Shown here: one piece after another, positions 8,750 to 17,931 of the stretch
How the letters are laid out: each line of letters begins with the position of its first letter
Position numbering within the stretch: the first letter of the stretch is position 1
Origin: a virus
Taxonomy: Duplodnaviria > Caudoviricetes
Virus record (IMG/VR): IMGVR_UViG_3300005325_000105
Coordinates: 1-35,011 of that record
Length of the DNA stretch: 35,011 nucleotides
Direction: 5' to 3' (one strand)
Translations under genes and position numbers: made by a program
Notes under the pieces: model-generated
Told to the model about the DNA's origin: nothing
The model's input: only the letters and a program-made list of their open reading frames with translations
Databases searched by the model: none

Positions 8750-9028
8750 ATGAATATTTTGCCTGAAGAACGAGAAAGCCAGGTACGCCTCGGAGTCCTC
8801 CGCATCCTTGACCAATGCGCCGGTTACCTCCTGCCGGAATCAACCCTATTCGTGCATCTTAATTGCGAGATCGTTCCTCCGGTAATCACCTCGGAATTTC
8901 AGGCAACGCTCCGTTATCTCGAAGGGATCAAGTCAATCGCGGCCATCCGTCCCGAACTCGGCGGACCGGTCAAATGGAAAATCACGGATAAAGGCCGCGC
9001 GCTTCTCAACGAGGCTTTGAACGCATGA
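8750..9028 (+). CDS. Mu gp26-like winged-helix protein
   Basis: RLGVLRIL...LRYLE...WKITDKGR pattern, 92 aa, upstream of small terminase. Confidence 0.7.
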   Translation: MNILPEERESQVRLGVLRILDQCAGYLLPESTLFVHLNCEIVPPVITSEFQATLRYLEGIKSIAAIRPELGGPVKWKITDKGRALLNEALNA

Positions 9029-9561
9029 AGAAACCTAGATCAGATTCTAAATTGCTCAACCTCCCCGAAGAAAAACAGGCCCAGCTTGCCGAGTGGCTTC
9101 TTTCCGGCATGCCTTATCATGAGGCAAAAAAACTGGTCGAAAAAGATTTTCAGGTGACAACTTCGATCGCAGCCTTGCACGCCTTCTGGCGCGAGGTATG
9201 CACCTCAGCGCTGATCGCCCGGCGTCAGCAAGCCGTTACCACGGCCGACGAAATCGCCGCAGAGGCCCAAAAAAAGCCGGGCCAATTTGATTCCGCAACC
9301 ATTGACGCCATAAAACAAAAAGCGTTTGAGCTTTCCATCTCGCCACAGTCCGCCCCAGGCGATGTCAAATCGCTCTTCATGCTCCTGCTCAAATCAAGGG
9401 ATCAGGAACTCAAGAGCAAGGACATCGAAATCAAGATCAGGCGGCTGGAACTCCTGGAAAAACAAACCAAAAAAGCCCGCGACCTTCTTGCCGATGGCAC
9501 GCTTTCAGAAACCGAACGTGAACGCAAGATGAAAGAAAACTTCGGGATATGCGCACCATAA
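9025..9561 (+). CDS. terminase small subunit (Mu gp27/DUF3486-like)
   Basis: RSDSKLLNLPEE start and TSIAALHAF HTH-like segment; directly upstream of TerL. Confidence 0.75.
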   Translation: MKKPRSDSKLLNLPEEKQAQLAEWLLSGMPYHEAKKLVEKDFQVTTSIAALHAFWREVCTSALIARRQQAVTTADEIAAEAQKKPGQFDSATIDAIKQKAFELSISPQSAPGDVKSLFMLLLKSRDQELKSKDIEIKIRRLELLEKQTKKARDLLADGTLSETERERKMKENFGICAP

Positions 9562-11027
9562 ACAAATTCAAGAAAGACGATCCGCGCAGTCTCCTGCTGT
9601 CCTACCAGCTCGAACTTCGGCAATCGGCGCTGATTGATCGCATTCGATTTTTGATCGAGCTCTGGTCCCGGCAGACAGGCAAGGATTTCACCGCTTCCGA
9701 AATTGGGGTGGAGGATTGTTATGCCCGGAAAAAAGTGAACTGGTCCGTTATTGCTCCGTCCGAACGGCAAAGCCTTGAAACGGTTGAAAAAGCGAAGGAA
9801 TGGTCAACCGGCTTCAAGCTCATGATCGATGACTATCAGGAGTTCAAGGAATCAATCCATCCCGAAGCCATGCTCAAGAGCGCTGAAATCAAATTCGCCA
9901 ACGGCTCCAAGTTCCGCGCGCTCCCCGGCCGGCCTTCGACTGTGCGCGGGCTTTCGACCAATATGATTTTCACCGAGTTTGCCCACTTCGATGATGCGGC
10001 GCAGGTCTGGCGTGCAGCCTATCCCAGCATCACCAATCCGCTCCGTGGCGGCGCCAAATCCGTCATCATCATCACCACACCGAACGGCAAGGGGGATATG
10101 ACGTATAAGTTATGGTGCAAGACTGCGCTCGGCGCGAAAGAACAGGGCGTTGTTCTGGATCCTGATAAAAAAATTCGCTGGGTTGGTAAAAAGGTCACGA
10201 TCCACGACGCCATCGCGGCCGGATTGCCGGTCGATCTTGATGAGCTACGCGAAGGTATGGAAGATCCCGATGGTTTTGCACAGGAATATGAATGCGAATT
10301 TCTCGATGGTTCCACGGTTCTCCTTCCGTACGACCTGCTTGCCCTGGCCGAAAGCGCCGATGCCACGGAAGCCGCCGATCTCTCGACTCTCAGTCCCCGG
10401 TCCACGGGCATTTTTTTCTGCGGTATTGATTTCGGCCGTCAGAATGATCCCACGGTTTGCTGGATGCTGGAACAAATCGGGGACATTCTCTGGACCCGCG
10501 AGGTGCTTGTCCTCAACAAGGTCAGCAGTCCTGATCAAGAACAGATTTTGCGTAGCCGGATCGCTGCCGCGCGCTGCACCTGTTTTGACTATACCGGCCC
10601 GGGGATTGGACTGGGCGATTACGTTGTAAAACAGCATGGCGAATGGAAACCGGAACAACACAAATTCGGCAAGGTTGAGCTTTTCAACTTCTCGCCCCTG
10701 TCCAAACGCGAACTCTTCCCGCGCCTGCGTCGGAAATTCGAAGCGCCGGTAAAAATCCGCATTCCGATTTCCCGCGTCATCCGCGAAGACTTGCATGGAA
10801 TGCAACAGGTCATCACCAATGGACAATATAATTACTGGAGCCCGCGCACGCGCGAGGGCCATTCCGACCGTTGCACCGCCCTTGCATTGGCCGTTCGCGC
10901 CGCCGGTAAATCATCCGGTCCCTTTGCCTATACCTCCATTCCCAGTTCAACGTTTACCCCCCGTAGCTCTGAGAGCGCAGGGGGGCGTAACCGCCACTTT
11001 CAAAACCGCCAATGCGCCTTGATGTGA
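9549..11027 (+). CDS. terL: terminase large subunit (Mu gp28-like)
   Basis: SRQTGKD Walker A, MIFTEFAH Walker B, ITTPNG, FAQEYECEF, GIDFGRQND and HSDRCTALAL nuclease motifs. Confidence 0.93.
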   Translation: MRTINKFKKDDPRSLLLSYQLELRQSALIDRIRFLIELWSRQTGKDFTASEIGVEDCYARKKVNWSVIAPSERQSLETVEKAKEWSTGFKLMIDDYQEFKESIHPEAMLKSAEIKFANGSKFRALPGRPSTVRGLSTNMIFTEFAHFDDAAQVWRAAYPSITNPLRGGAKSVIIITTPNGKGDMTYKLWCKTALGAKEQGVVLDPDKKIRWVGKKVTIHDAIAAGLPVDLDELREGMEDPDGFAQEYECEFLDGSTVLLPYDLLALAESADATEAADLSTLSPRSTGIFFCGIDFGRQNDPTVCWMLEQIGDILWTREVLVLNKVSSPDQEQILRSRIAAARCTCFDYTGPGIGLGDYVVKQHGEWKPEQHKFGKVELFNFSPLSKRELFPRLRRKFEAPVKIRIPISRVIREDLHGMQQVITNGQYNYWSPRTREGHSDRCTALALAVRAAGKSSGPFAYTSIPSSTFTPRSSESAGGRNRHFQNRQCALM

Positions 11028-11029
11028 TC

Positions 11030-12706
11030 ATGCAATCTAAAATCGCAAATCCAAAATCCAAAATTTCGGCAGTCTCTGCCGAAAGAGTCCAGTCTTTCAT
11101 CCGTTCCCGCTTCAATCCCATCCGCACCCTGACGCCCCAACTGCTTTCTCAATATCTTGATGAGTTCAAGGCCGGCTATCTCCGCTCCTGCGCTCTCACC
11201 TTTGAGGCTATCGAAGACCGTGACGATACCCTCAAGGGCGTCGCCGCCAAACGCAAAAAAGCCGCCGCCCGCAACGGCTGGGAAATCCTTCTTGTTGATT
11301 CCGTCAAGGAAAATCAAAAGGCCGAGGCCCAACTTCACAAAGAAGCTCTCCTGGATTTTTATAACAACATCACCGTCACCAACGCCATCGATACCAACCA
11401 ACGCGGCCAGGTCTCTCTTCTCGTCCGCCAGATGATGGATGCCATCGGCAAACTCTACGCCGTCCATGAAATTATCTGGCGTCCGGGAAATACGTCCAAT
11501 CCGTCTAATTCGTCCTATTCTGGTTTATCAGCCGAATTCCGCTTTGTTCCCCTCTGGTTCTTTGAGAACACAACCGGCGCGCTCCGTTTCCTCCCCTCCG
11601 AATTCGCCGTTGCCGGAGAACCCCTTGAGGAAAATGGCTGGCTTGTGACCGTCGGCGATGGGCTCATGCCGGCATGCTCTGTGGCCTACATGTATAAAAC
11701 TATGGCCCTGCGCGACGCAGTCATATACAACGAACGCCATGGTTCGCCTGGCATACATGCTGAGACCGATGCCGCAAAAGACTCACCCGAATGGGAAGCC
11801 CTTGTCACCGCCGTCCAGAATTTCGCGTCTGATTGGGCGATCGTCACCAACACTGGCGCCAAGATCAACAAGGTTGATATGTCCACCCAGGGCCAACTCC
11901 CATATCCGCCATTTATCGAACGCATGGATCGCGCCATGGCCGCCCTCTGGCGCGGTGCCGATCTCTCGACAATCAGCGGCGGCAAATCCGATGCCGGCCA
12001 GGGCGCCAGCCTCCAGGGCGACGAGTCTACGCTCCTGGAAGCCGACGATACCCAGCTTATTTCCGAGACGCTGAACATGCGCGTTGACAAATTCGTAATC
12101 GAATATCATTTCGGCCAGGGAACAAAACCTCTTGCCTATTTCAAACTCAAAACCACGCAGAAGAAGAACATTGATTCCGAAATAAAAACCGATACTTTCC
12201 TGCGCGATTCCGGCGTCCCCCTCAGCGTCAAAAATACCCTGGAACGTTACAACCGGCCTGTTCCGGATCCGGAAGATGAGTTACTTCAGCCTTCTTCTAC
12301 CGTCCCGGCATTCTCCCCGGGACAACCCACCGGCGGGGACGCTGGTCCTGTTCTCCCCAGCGAGAAAACGAGGGTTTCCAATGCCGCCCTCGGCCCCGTC
12401 GGCTCTTTTTCTAAGAAGAGTCTCAGCGATCAGCGGTCAGCGATCAGTCCGGATAATCCCGCCGTCGGCCGTGCCCTGGCCGCCGCCCGCATGCAATTTG
12501 CCGAAACCCAGGATGCCGTTCTGCAGCCGCTGCGCGCCGAGCTTGAAAAGCTTCTGGCGGTTCCCGATTCCGATCTGAAATCGAAAATCGAAAATCTAAA
12601 ATCCCAAATGCCGGCGCTCCTGCGCCGGATCAACGCATCGCCCGAAACCGCAAAAGTCCTTGAGGGAATCCTCTCCGAATCGCTCTTGGAAGGTTTGCAA
12701 TCATGA
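11030..12706 (+). CDS. portal protein (Mu gp29/DUF935-like)
   Basis: Follows TerL; IEDRD...KRK, MMDAIGKLYAVHEIIW, ERHGSP, ISETLN motifs typical of DUF935. Confidence 0.88.
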   Translation: MQSKIANPKSKISAVSAERVQSFIRSRFNPIRTLTPQLLSQYLDEFKAGYLRSCALTFEAIEDRDDTLKGVAAKRKKAAARNGWEILLVDSVKENQKAEAQLHKEALLDFYNNITVTNAIDTNQRGQVSLLVRQMMDAIGKLYAVHEIIWRPGNTSNPSNSSYSGLSAEFRFVPLWFFENTTGALRFLPSEFAVAGEPLEENGWLVTVGDGLMPACSVAYMYKTMALRDAVIYNERHGSPGIHAETDAAKDSPEWEALVTAVQNFASDWAIVTNTGAKINKVDMSTQGQLPYPPFIERMDRAMAALWRGADLSTISGGKSDAGQGASLQGDESTLLEADDTQLISETLNMRVDKFVIEYHFGQGTKPLAYFKLKTTQKKNIDSEIKTDTFLRDSGVPLSVKNTLERYNRPVPDPEDELLQPSSTVPAFSPGQPTGGDAGPVLPSEKTRVSNAALGPVGSFSKKSLSDQRSAISPDNPAVGRALAAARMQFAETQDAVLQPLRAELEKLLAVPDSDLKSKIENLKSQMPALLRRINASPETAKVLEGILSESLLEGLQS

Positions 12707-12920
12707 TCTTAATCAATAAACGACAGCCCGGATTCCCAAAATGCCCGACGTTTGGCGATCGCCGCCATTTTTCCGCCGTCCGCACTCACCCTCGTCCGAA
12801 GGGGAGATCGTCATTTTGCAAAGGCATACAGTCAAATTGCAATGGCATTCTGAAATCAGGTTCAAAAAAATCGAAAACTTGTCCCGCGCTTCGCGGGATC
12901 CAAAATAAAGAGAGGAACCC

Positions 12921-13844
12921 ATGAACATACTCGACATAATCTTCATCATCCCCAAAACCGTCTACGGCTGGATCAGTTCCTTGTGGAGCAGCGGCGACGA
13001 GAATAATAGTGGTGCCACTGGCACATGGCGCGGGTGCATGTTCACCCCCGCCACGCCCGGCTTTCCGAACACTCGCGGCGTAACCTCCCAACTTGGCTAT
13101 CGGGAAATACATGGCAAGTCGAATGAGGACGCGCAGCGGATTGATATGTTCGGCCACGTCAAGGCATGGGGCGGGAACGCGCTGGTTTATATCCGCGATA
13201 ATTGGCATCAGGGAAATATTGTTTTGGATATGTGCCTGTGTGGTCGTAAGCATCCGGGGGATGGGCATTATTTTCCTATCAATGGAAAGTCTGAATCTGA
13301 TTTTGCCATGTGGGCCAAGCAGGAATATGGAATTGACAAGCACGTTTGCTTCGTCTGGAACGACGAAAATCCGGCGCCCATAACCGAACAGACGGTCAAA
13401 CTTGCGGTGGATAGTTACGACGGCACGCGGCTGGGGGTCGAAAATGTCGCGTTCGGCGTATGCTTGGAAACGAACGAAATAATGTCAGACCCGTCAACTG
13501 CGGCTGCGGCGGCGAAATGGATTAAGACTCACGCTCCTTCAAGCCCGTGCATCGTTGGGTCTGCCAGCGTTGATTATCTGCTGGCCGTTGCCGACAAGGT
13601 TGACGGCATATATGTGTGGTTTGAGCAAGCGACTGGCAGCGGTAATCCCATAACAGTTCCTCTCACGCGAGCCACTTTTCCGGCCTACAAGTCCAGCCTG
13701 GATAAGCTGGCAGCCAAAGTTGGCAAGTCAAAGGTTATCCCCGGCGAATGGTTGGCTTCATCGCCTGACGATGTTGCTTGGATGACGCAACAGCTTCTTG
13801 ATGCCGGCTATTCATTCCTTGGGAGCGGCAAATACAAATCATGA
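12921..13844 (+). CDS. hypothetical protein, possibly clan GH-A (TIM-barrel) glycoside hydrolase-like
   Basis: GAGG RBS; hydrophobic N-terminus; LETNE (acid/base-like) and KVIPGEW (nucleophile-like) with plausible spacing; function inferred. Confidence 0.5.
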   Translation: MNILDIIFIIPKTVYGWISSLWSSGDENNSGATGTWRGCMFTPATPGFPNTRGVTSQLGYREIHGKSNEDAQRIDMFGHVKAWGGNALVYIRDNWHQGNIVLDMCLCGRKHPGDGHYFPINGKSESDFAMWAKQEYGIDKHVCFVWNDENPAPITEQTVKLAVDSYDGTRLGVENVAFGVCLETNEIMSDPSTAAAAAKWIKTHAPSSPCIVGSASVDYLLAVADKVDGIYVWFEQATGSGNPITVPLTRATFPAYKSSLDKLAAKVGKSKVIPGEWLASSPDDVAWMTQQLLDAGYSFLGSGKYKS

Positions 13845-13945
13845 GCAACACAATGGGAACGATCATCAAAATAATTCAGATCGTGATTGCGGTGATAAGT
13901 TTTTTCAAACGTCCGGAAACGAAAAACGAGAAGGAGGAAAAATAG
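13841..13945 (+). CDS. 34-aa membrane peptide (not in ORF track)
   Basis: ATGA overlap with upstream stop; MSNTMGTIIKIIQIVIAVISFFKRPETKNEKEEK; stop 2 nt before next ATG. Confidence 0.6.
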   Translation: MSNTMGTIIKIIQIVIAVISFFKRPETKNEKEEK

Positions 13946-13947
13946 TC

Positions 13948-14199
13948 ATGAACTTTTTCATCAAACTGGCCCTGAAGAAATTCTTTCGCAAATTTCTTTT
14001 TTCCGTCGGCGCCGCGCTCGTGGCCCTGCCTTTTTTCGTCAAGGGAATCCAGGATGGTTACATTGACCTCGATCAACTTAAACAGTGGGCTGACCTTACC
14101 GTCAACCTGCTGGTCGGCCTGGTCCTCATGGCCATCACCTATGCAGGCCCCCTAATCACCGAATGGTTGAAGAATAAAAAAATCACAACGACAAAATGA
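13948..14199 (+). CDS. holin-like two-TM protein (83 aa)
   Basis: AAGGAGG RBS before ATG 13948; two hydrophobic helices, basic N- and C-termini. Confidence 0.55.
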   Translation: MNFFIKLALKKFFRKFLFSVGAALVALPFFVKGIQDGYIDLDQLKQWADLTVNLLVGLVLMAITYAGPLITEWLKNKKITTTK

Positions 14200-15158
14200 A
14201 TATTTTCGGATTCACAACTCCTGTTCTTATAGGTAGGGCGACGGCATCCCTGCCGTGCCGTTCCTTTCCGGCTTTGTGCCTCTGTGCCTTCTGCCTTTGT
14301 GCCTTTCTGCGCGCCAGGGCTGACTCCATTTCCGTCTACGAGGAAAACGACTTCCTTGTCTCCGATGGAAAAGGCTCGAACGAAGACGGCTGGTATACCC
14401 AGGGCATGCAAATCCAATACGTGAACACAAACGATTGGGGACTGACACTCGGCCAGCAAATCTACACTCCGGAAAACAAAAACAGTCCTTTGCCGTCGCC
14501 CGGCGACCGGCCCTATGCCGGCTATCTGCACGCCGCATATTTTCAAAACATCCTCAAAGGCCAGCAGGACGATTATTTTAAAATTGACGCCGGCATCATC
14601 GGCCCTGCCGCATTGGGAAATGAGGCGCAAAACGGCTTGCATAAACTCTGTGGCATGGCCCTTGCAAAGGGCTGGAAATATCAGTTGCGGAATGAACCGA
14701 CGTTGAACGCTGCCTATTATAAATCTTTTTCTCATCGCTTCTGTCCGTGGTTTGAATACAAGCCTTTCGCGGGAGTAAATTTTGGTAACGTCCTCGTTGA
14801 CGCCGAACTTGGAAACTTTGTTCGGATGGGCTTACTTTCAAAATCATTCAATCCCACGATTTACTCCTTCAGTTCCGAAAACCGCAGGATGAAGGATTCA
14901 GATTTTTACTTTTACCTTTTCGCTGGTGTGGTCGGCCAAGCGATCGCTTACGACCACCTGCTTGATGGCAGTCTGTTCCAGGACGAACAGGTTACGGTCA
15001 AGCACAAACCTTTTGTCGCCAACGGCTCGGTAGGCGCCTGCGTCGGCATCTATGCGTTCGAGCTGACTTTCACGCATTGTGAAGTGACCGAGCAATGGCT
15101 CAGCCAGCCCGATCGCGATAACAAATTCGATTCGATCAAACTGACATATAAATTCTGA
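14196..15158 (+). CDS. lpxR: lipid A 3'-O-deacylase, LpxR family (DUF2219) outer-membrane beta-barrel
   Basis: Signal peptide; YEEND, D.WYTQG, GQQIYTP, DRPYAGYL, IGP...AQNGLH, GWKYQLRNE, LDGSLF; C-terminal Phe. Confidence 0.88.
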   Translation: MNIFGFTTPVLIGRATASLPCRSFPALCLCAFCLCAFLRARADSISVYEENDFLVSDGKGSNEDGWYTQGMQIQYVNTNDWGLTLGQQIYTPENKNSPLPSPGDRPYAGYLHAAYFQNILKGQQDDYFKIDAGIIGPAALGNEAQNGLHKLCGMALAKGWKYQLRNEPTLNAAYYKSFSHRFCPWFEYKPFAGVNFGNVLVDAELGNFVRMGLLSKSFNPTIYSFSSENRRMKDSDFYFYLFAGVVGQAIAYDHLLDGSLFQDEQVTVKHKPFVANGSVGACVGIYAFELTFTHCEVTEQWLSQPDRDNKFDSIKLTYKF

Positions 15159-15165
15159 GGAAATC

Positions 15166-16239
15166 ATGACAATCGAAAATTTAAGTTGCCTCTCCAACGA
15201 ATTTGCCGTCCAGGCCGACTGGCTCCGCATCCCATATGGCGATCATCCGCATTACACCGGCGCCATCCAGCGATTGACCCGTCAGACTGCCGAAGTCATG
15301 GCGAACGATTTCCATAGCTTCCGGTCGCGCCTTGGCCGCCTGTTCGGAGGTTTGCCCGTCTACATCGGCCATCCGGACGATCCCGAATTGGCAAATCAAT
15401 ATCAGGACAAAAAATCTTATGCCTGGCTCATGGATATGGATGCCCGCGATGATGGTCTTTACATCAAACCAAAGTGGAGTCCTCCGGGAGAAGAACTCAT
15501 TTCCAATGCCCATTACAAATGGTTCAGCCCGCGCTGGGGATGCAAAGCCTTGGGCAATGAAAACGGCAAGCGCACCGTCGCGCCGGTCCGCCTCATTTCA
15601 ATCGGTCTCACAAACAATCCGCAAATCGAGGGAATTCTCCCTCTCGCAAATGAAGAAATACCGGCATTGCCGGAGAAAGGAACCATGAAAGATAAAATCA
15701 TCAAATTGCTCGGCCTCTCCAACGAGGCCACCGAGGACCAGATACTCGCCGCCGCGACGGCCCTGAAAACGTCGAAGGATACGGCCGAGGTCACGCTGGC
15801 GAATGAGAAAACCCTGGTCAGTGCCGCGCAGGCCGCATCCACGGCAAAAGATTCTGAGATCTCAAATTTGAAGTCTCAAATCTCCGCTGCGACAACCAAC
15901 CTCGCCAACGAGCGCAAAGCGCGGATCGAAGCCGTCCTCGACAATGCCGTCGTTACCGGCAAAATCACGGCCGCTCAGCGTCCGCAGTGGGCTGCCGACC
16001 TCGCGGCAAACTTCGACGCCAAGCTCGTCGAACTTTCCAACGCCAAACCCGTTCTGAACACCAACTCCAGAACCCAGGGGCTGGGTGGCCGCAACAGCGA
16101 TACGGTTTCCCGTCAGGATAAAATCCTGACCCTCGTCAACGAAAAAATGTCCGCCGGTATGGATTATGATACCGCCTGGGGCGCCGTTAAAAAGGCCAAT
16201 CCCGCTCTCTTCGAAGAGCCCAAAGGAAAGGAGGGCTGA
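15166..16239 (+). CDS. Mu-like prohead protease I with C-terminal scaffold
   Basis: VYIGHP, YAW, KW, YKWFSP, SIGLTNNP motifs; Ala-rich coiled-coil C-terminus with GKITAAQ. Confidence 0.9.
   Translation: MTIENLSCLSNEFAVQADWLRIPYGDHPHYTGAIQRLTRQTAEVMANDFHSFRSRLGRLFGGLPVYIGHPDDPELANQYQDKKSYAWLMDMDARDDGLYIKPKWSPPGEELISNAHYKWFSPRWGCKALGNENGKRTVAPVRLISIGLTNNPQIEGILPLANEEIPALPEKGTMKDKIIKLLGLSNEATEDQILAAATALKTSKDTAEVTLANEKTLVSAAQAASTAKDSEISNLKSQISAATTNLANERKARIEAVLDNAVVTGKITAAQRPQWAADLAANFDAKLVELSNAKPVLNTNSRTQGLGGRNSDTVSRQDKILTLVNEKMSAGMDYDTAWGAVKKANPALFEEPKGKEG
15685..16239 (+). CDS. nested in-frame scaffold protein (Mu gpZ-like)
   Basis: AAAGGA RBS before in-frame ATG 15685 (MKDKIIKLLGL), as in the Mu I/Z arrangement. 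Confidence 0.65.
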   Translation: MKDKIIKLLGLSNEATEDQILAAATALKTSKDTAEVTLANEKTLVSAAQAASTAKDSEISNLKSQISAATTNLANERKARIEAVLDNAVVTGKITAAQRPQWAADLAANFDAKLVELSNAKPVLNTNSRTQGLGGRNSDTVSRQDKILTLVNEKMSAGMDYDTAWGAVKKANPALFEEPKGKEG

Positions 16240-16316
16240 GAAGAATAGAGATCAGCAATCAGTCAAATCCGTCCGATATGCCTGAAAAAAATCTTAACCT
16301 GAAAGGGAAAAAACCA

Positions 16317-16784
16317 ATGATCAGATTCCTCATCCATAAACTGGTGACGGCCATCAGTTGCCGCCATCTCATCTGCCTCAGCAATATTGCCGAAGGCACT
16401 CACGAAGATTCCATCACGAAGCTGGCCGATGCCGCCATCACCACCCGCTTCTCGTTGGTCAAGGCCGGCACCGATGCCGAACACATCGCCGCCTGCGGTG
16501 CCAATGACCTGCCCATGGGCGTCTGCCCGGATGAACCTTCCGAAGCGGAAGCTCCGGCGGCCGTGCAATTATTCGGCTGCGCAAAGAGCACCCGTAAAAT
16601 GGTTGCCTCTGAGCCGATCGCCGCCTTTGCGGAAGTCTTCACCGCCGCAAGCGGTAAAGTTCAGGATGCGCCCACGGTGGCCGGAACTTATTACCGCGTC
16701 GGTCGCGCCCTGCAGGCTGCCAGCGCAGATGGCGATTTGCTCGAAGTGGATCCGTATCCGCCCACGGCCTATATCGTCACCTAA
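16317..16784 (+). CDS. capsid decoration/cement protein (DUF2190-like)
   Basis: Between protease and capsid; small Ala/Gly-rich with VGRALQAASADGDLLEV motif. Confidence 0.75.
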   Translation: MIRFLIHKLVTAISCRHLICLSNIAEGTHEDSITKLADAAITTRFSLVKAGTDAEHIAACGANDLPMGVCPDEPSEAEAPAAVQLFGCAKSTRKMVASEPIAAFAEVFTAASGKVQDAPTVAGTYYRVGRALQAASADGDLLEVDPYPPTAYIVT

Positions 16785-16790
16785 CCGCTG

Positions 16791-16838
16791 CCGCTCTTCG
16801 ATCCCCTCCATCGGAGGGGTGCCCGAAGGGCGGGGTGG
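16791..16838. repeat. REP-like double hairpin, copy 1
   Basis: CCCCTCC-atc-GGAGGGG plus GCCC-gaa-GGGC; 46/48 identical to 20629-20676. Confidence 0.85.
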
Positions 16839-16882
16839 GTTTTGAACCACAAACAAAAAAAACTGAAAGGTAAAAAAAACAC

Positions 16883-17872
16883 ATGAAAGAACTCATCCTC
16901 TCGAACGTCGGGCCGGCCTTTTCCGCCGATACCCGAAACAACAGGCCGGGCGTCATCTGCCTGGCAAACGAAGAGCGGTTCACCGCCGCTTATTTCTCCG
17001 AACCTCTCACCGCCTATGCCATTGGCTGGAGGGATCCGGAAAACATCCAGGCCACCCTGGACGCCATTGCGCCGCCCGTCGAAGTCTCGCGCCGGTTTGA
17101 ATACAAATCGGCCACAAATGCCGAGGAATTCCTTTCCGAGGTTGACGATATTCGCGGCATTGGATCCGCCTTTAAAAAGGTGGAATATACCGGGTCAAGC
17201 GTGAACGCGAAGACCCTTAATAAAGGTCTGACGATCACTCTGGACCGCGATGAACTCGTCCCCGGCAAGGAAGAGCGCACCGTCGCCCGCCTCATCAGCC
17301 GCCTGAACCGCAGCGACCTGCGCCGCGCTGTCGCCGCCCTGATCGCCTCGGCCACAAATACCGGGAAAAACTATTATGGTGCAGATGGCGAAGATCCGGA
17401 CATGGATGTCAGATCCGATCTTGAAACCGGCGCGACTGCGCGCGGAGTTGGAAGCAACCTTGTGGTTTATGGCGCCACCGCCTGGGCCATACGCTTGGCC
17501 AGCCTGCGCGCTCAAAATCTCGCCGGCCAGGGCAGAAGCGCCACGTTGACCAGGGAAGAATTGGCTGATTTCCTTGGCGTTGACCGCATCGTGATCAGCA
17601 AGGAGCGTTATCAGTCCGGCAAGTCCACTAAGTCGGAAATCCTGGGCGCATACGTGCTCATGTATTACGCCTCGCTGATCGCCGATCAGGAAGATCCCAG
17701 CAACATCAAGCAGTTCTGGACTCCGACCGAATCCGGCCGCTTCCGCGTCTATCGCGAAGAGCACGCCAAGACGATCGACATCAGCGTCGAGCATTACAGC
17801 AACATCGTGCTTCCCAGCACGCTTGGCCTGCGCAAGTTCACGGTCACAAACACCACGCCTCCGGCAGGGTAA
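16883..17872 (+). CDS. major capsid protein
   Basis: 329 aa after protease and decoration genes, followed by a terminator; size and position fit an HK97-fold capsid. Confidence 0.8.
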   Translation: MKELILSNVGPAFSADTRNNRPGVICLANEERFTAAYFSEPLTAYAIGWRDPENIQATLDAIAPPVEVSRRFEYKSATNAEEFLSEVDDIRGIGSAFKKVEYTGSSVNAKTLNKGLTITLDRDELVPGKEERTVARLISRLNRSDLRRAVAALIASATNTGKNYYGADGEDPDMDVRSDLETGATARGVGSNLVVYGATAWAIRLASLRAQNLAGQGRSATLTREELADFLGVDRIVISKERYQSGKSTKSEILGAYVLMYYASLIADQEDPSNIKQFWTPTESGRFRVYREEHAKTIDISVEHYSNIVLPSTLGLRKFTVTNTTPPAG

Positions 17873-17891
17873 AGTAATAACGTAAAATAGC

Positions 17892-17931
17892 CTGCAGGCT
17901 GAAGGCAATAAAACTTCAGCCTGCAGTTTTT
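17892..17931 (+). terminator. rho-independent terminator after capsid gene
   Basis: Perfect 13-bp stem CTGCAGGCTGAAG/CTTCAGCCTGCAG, 9-nt loop, TTTTT. Confidence 0.8.

Noticed and set aside
12703-12924. 73-aa basic ORF after the portal
   Set aside because: Has ATGA overlaps but low-complexity basic sequence and DNA repeats suggest a regulatory gap; cannot be fully excluded
13798-13947. N-terminal extension of the holin-like ORF
   Set aside because: Strong RBS at ATG 13948, and a separate 34-aa ORF fills 13841-13945
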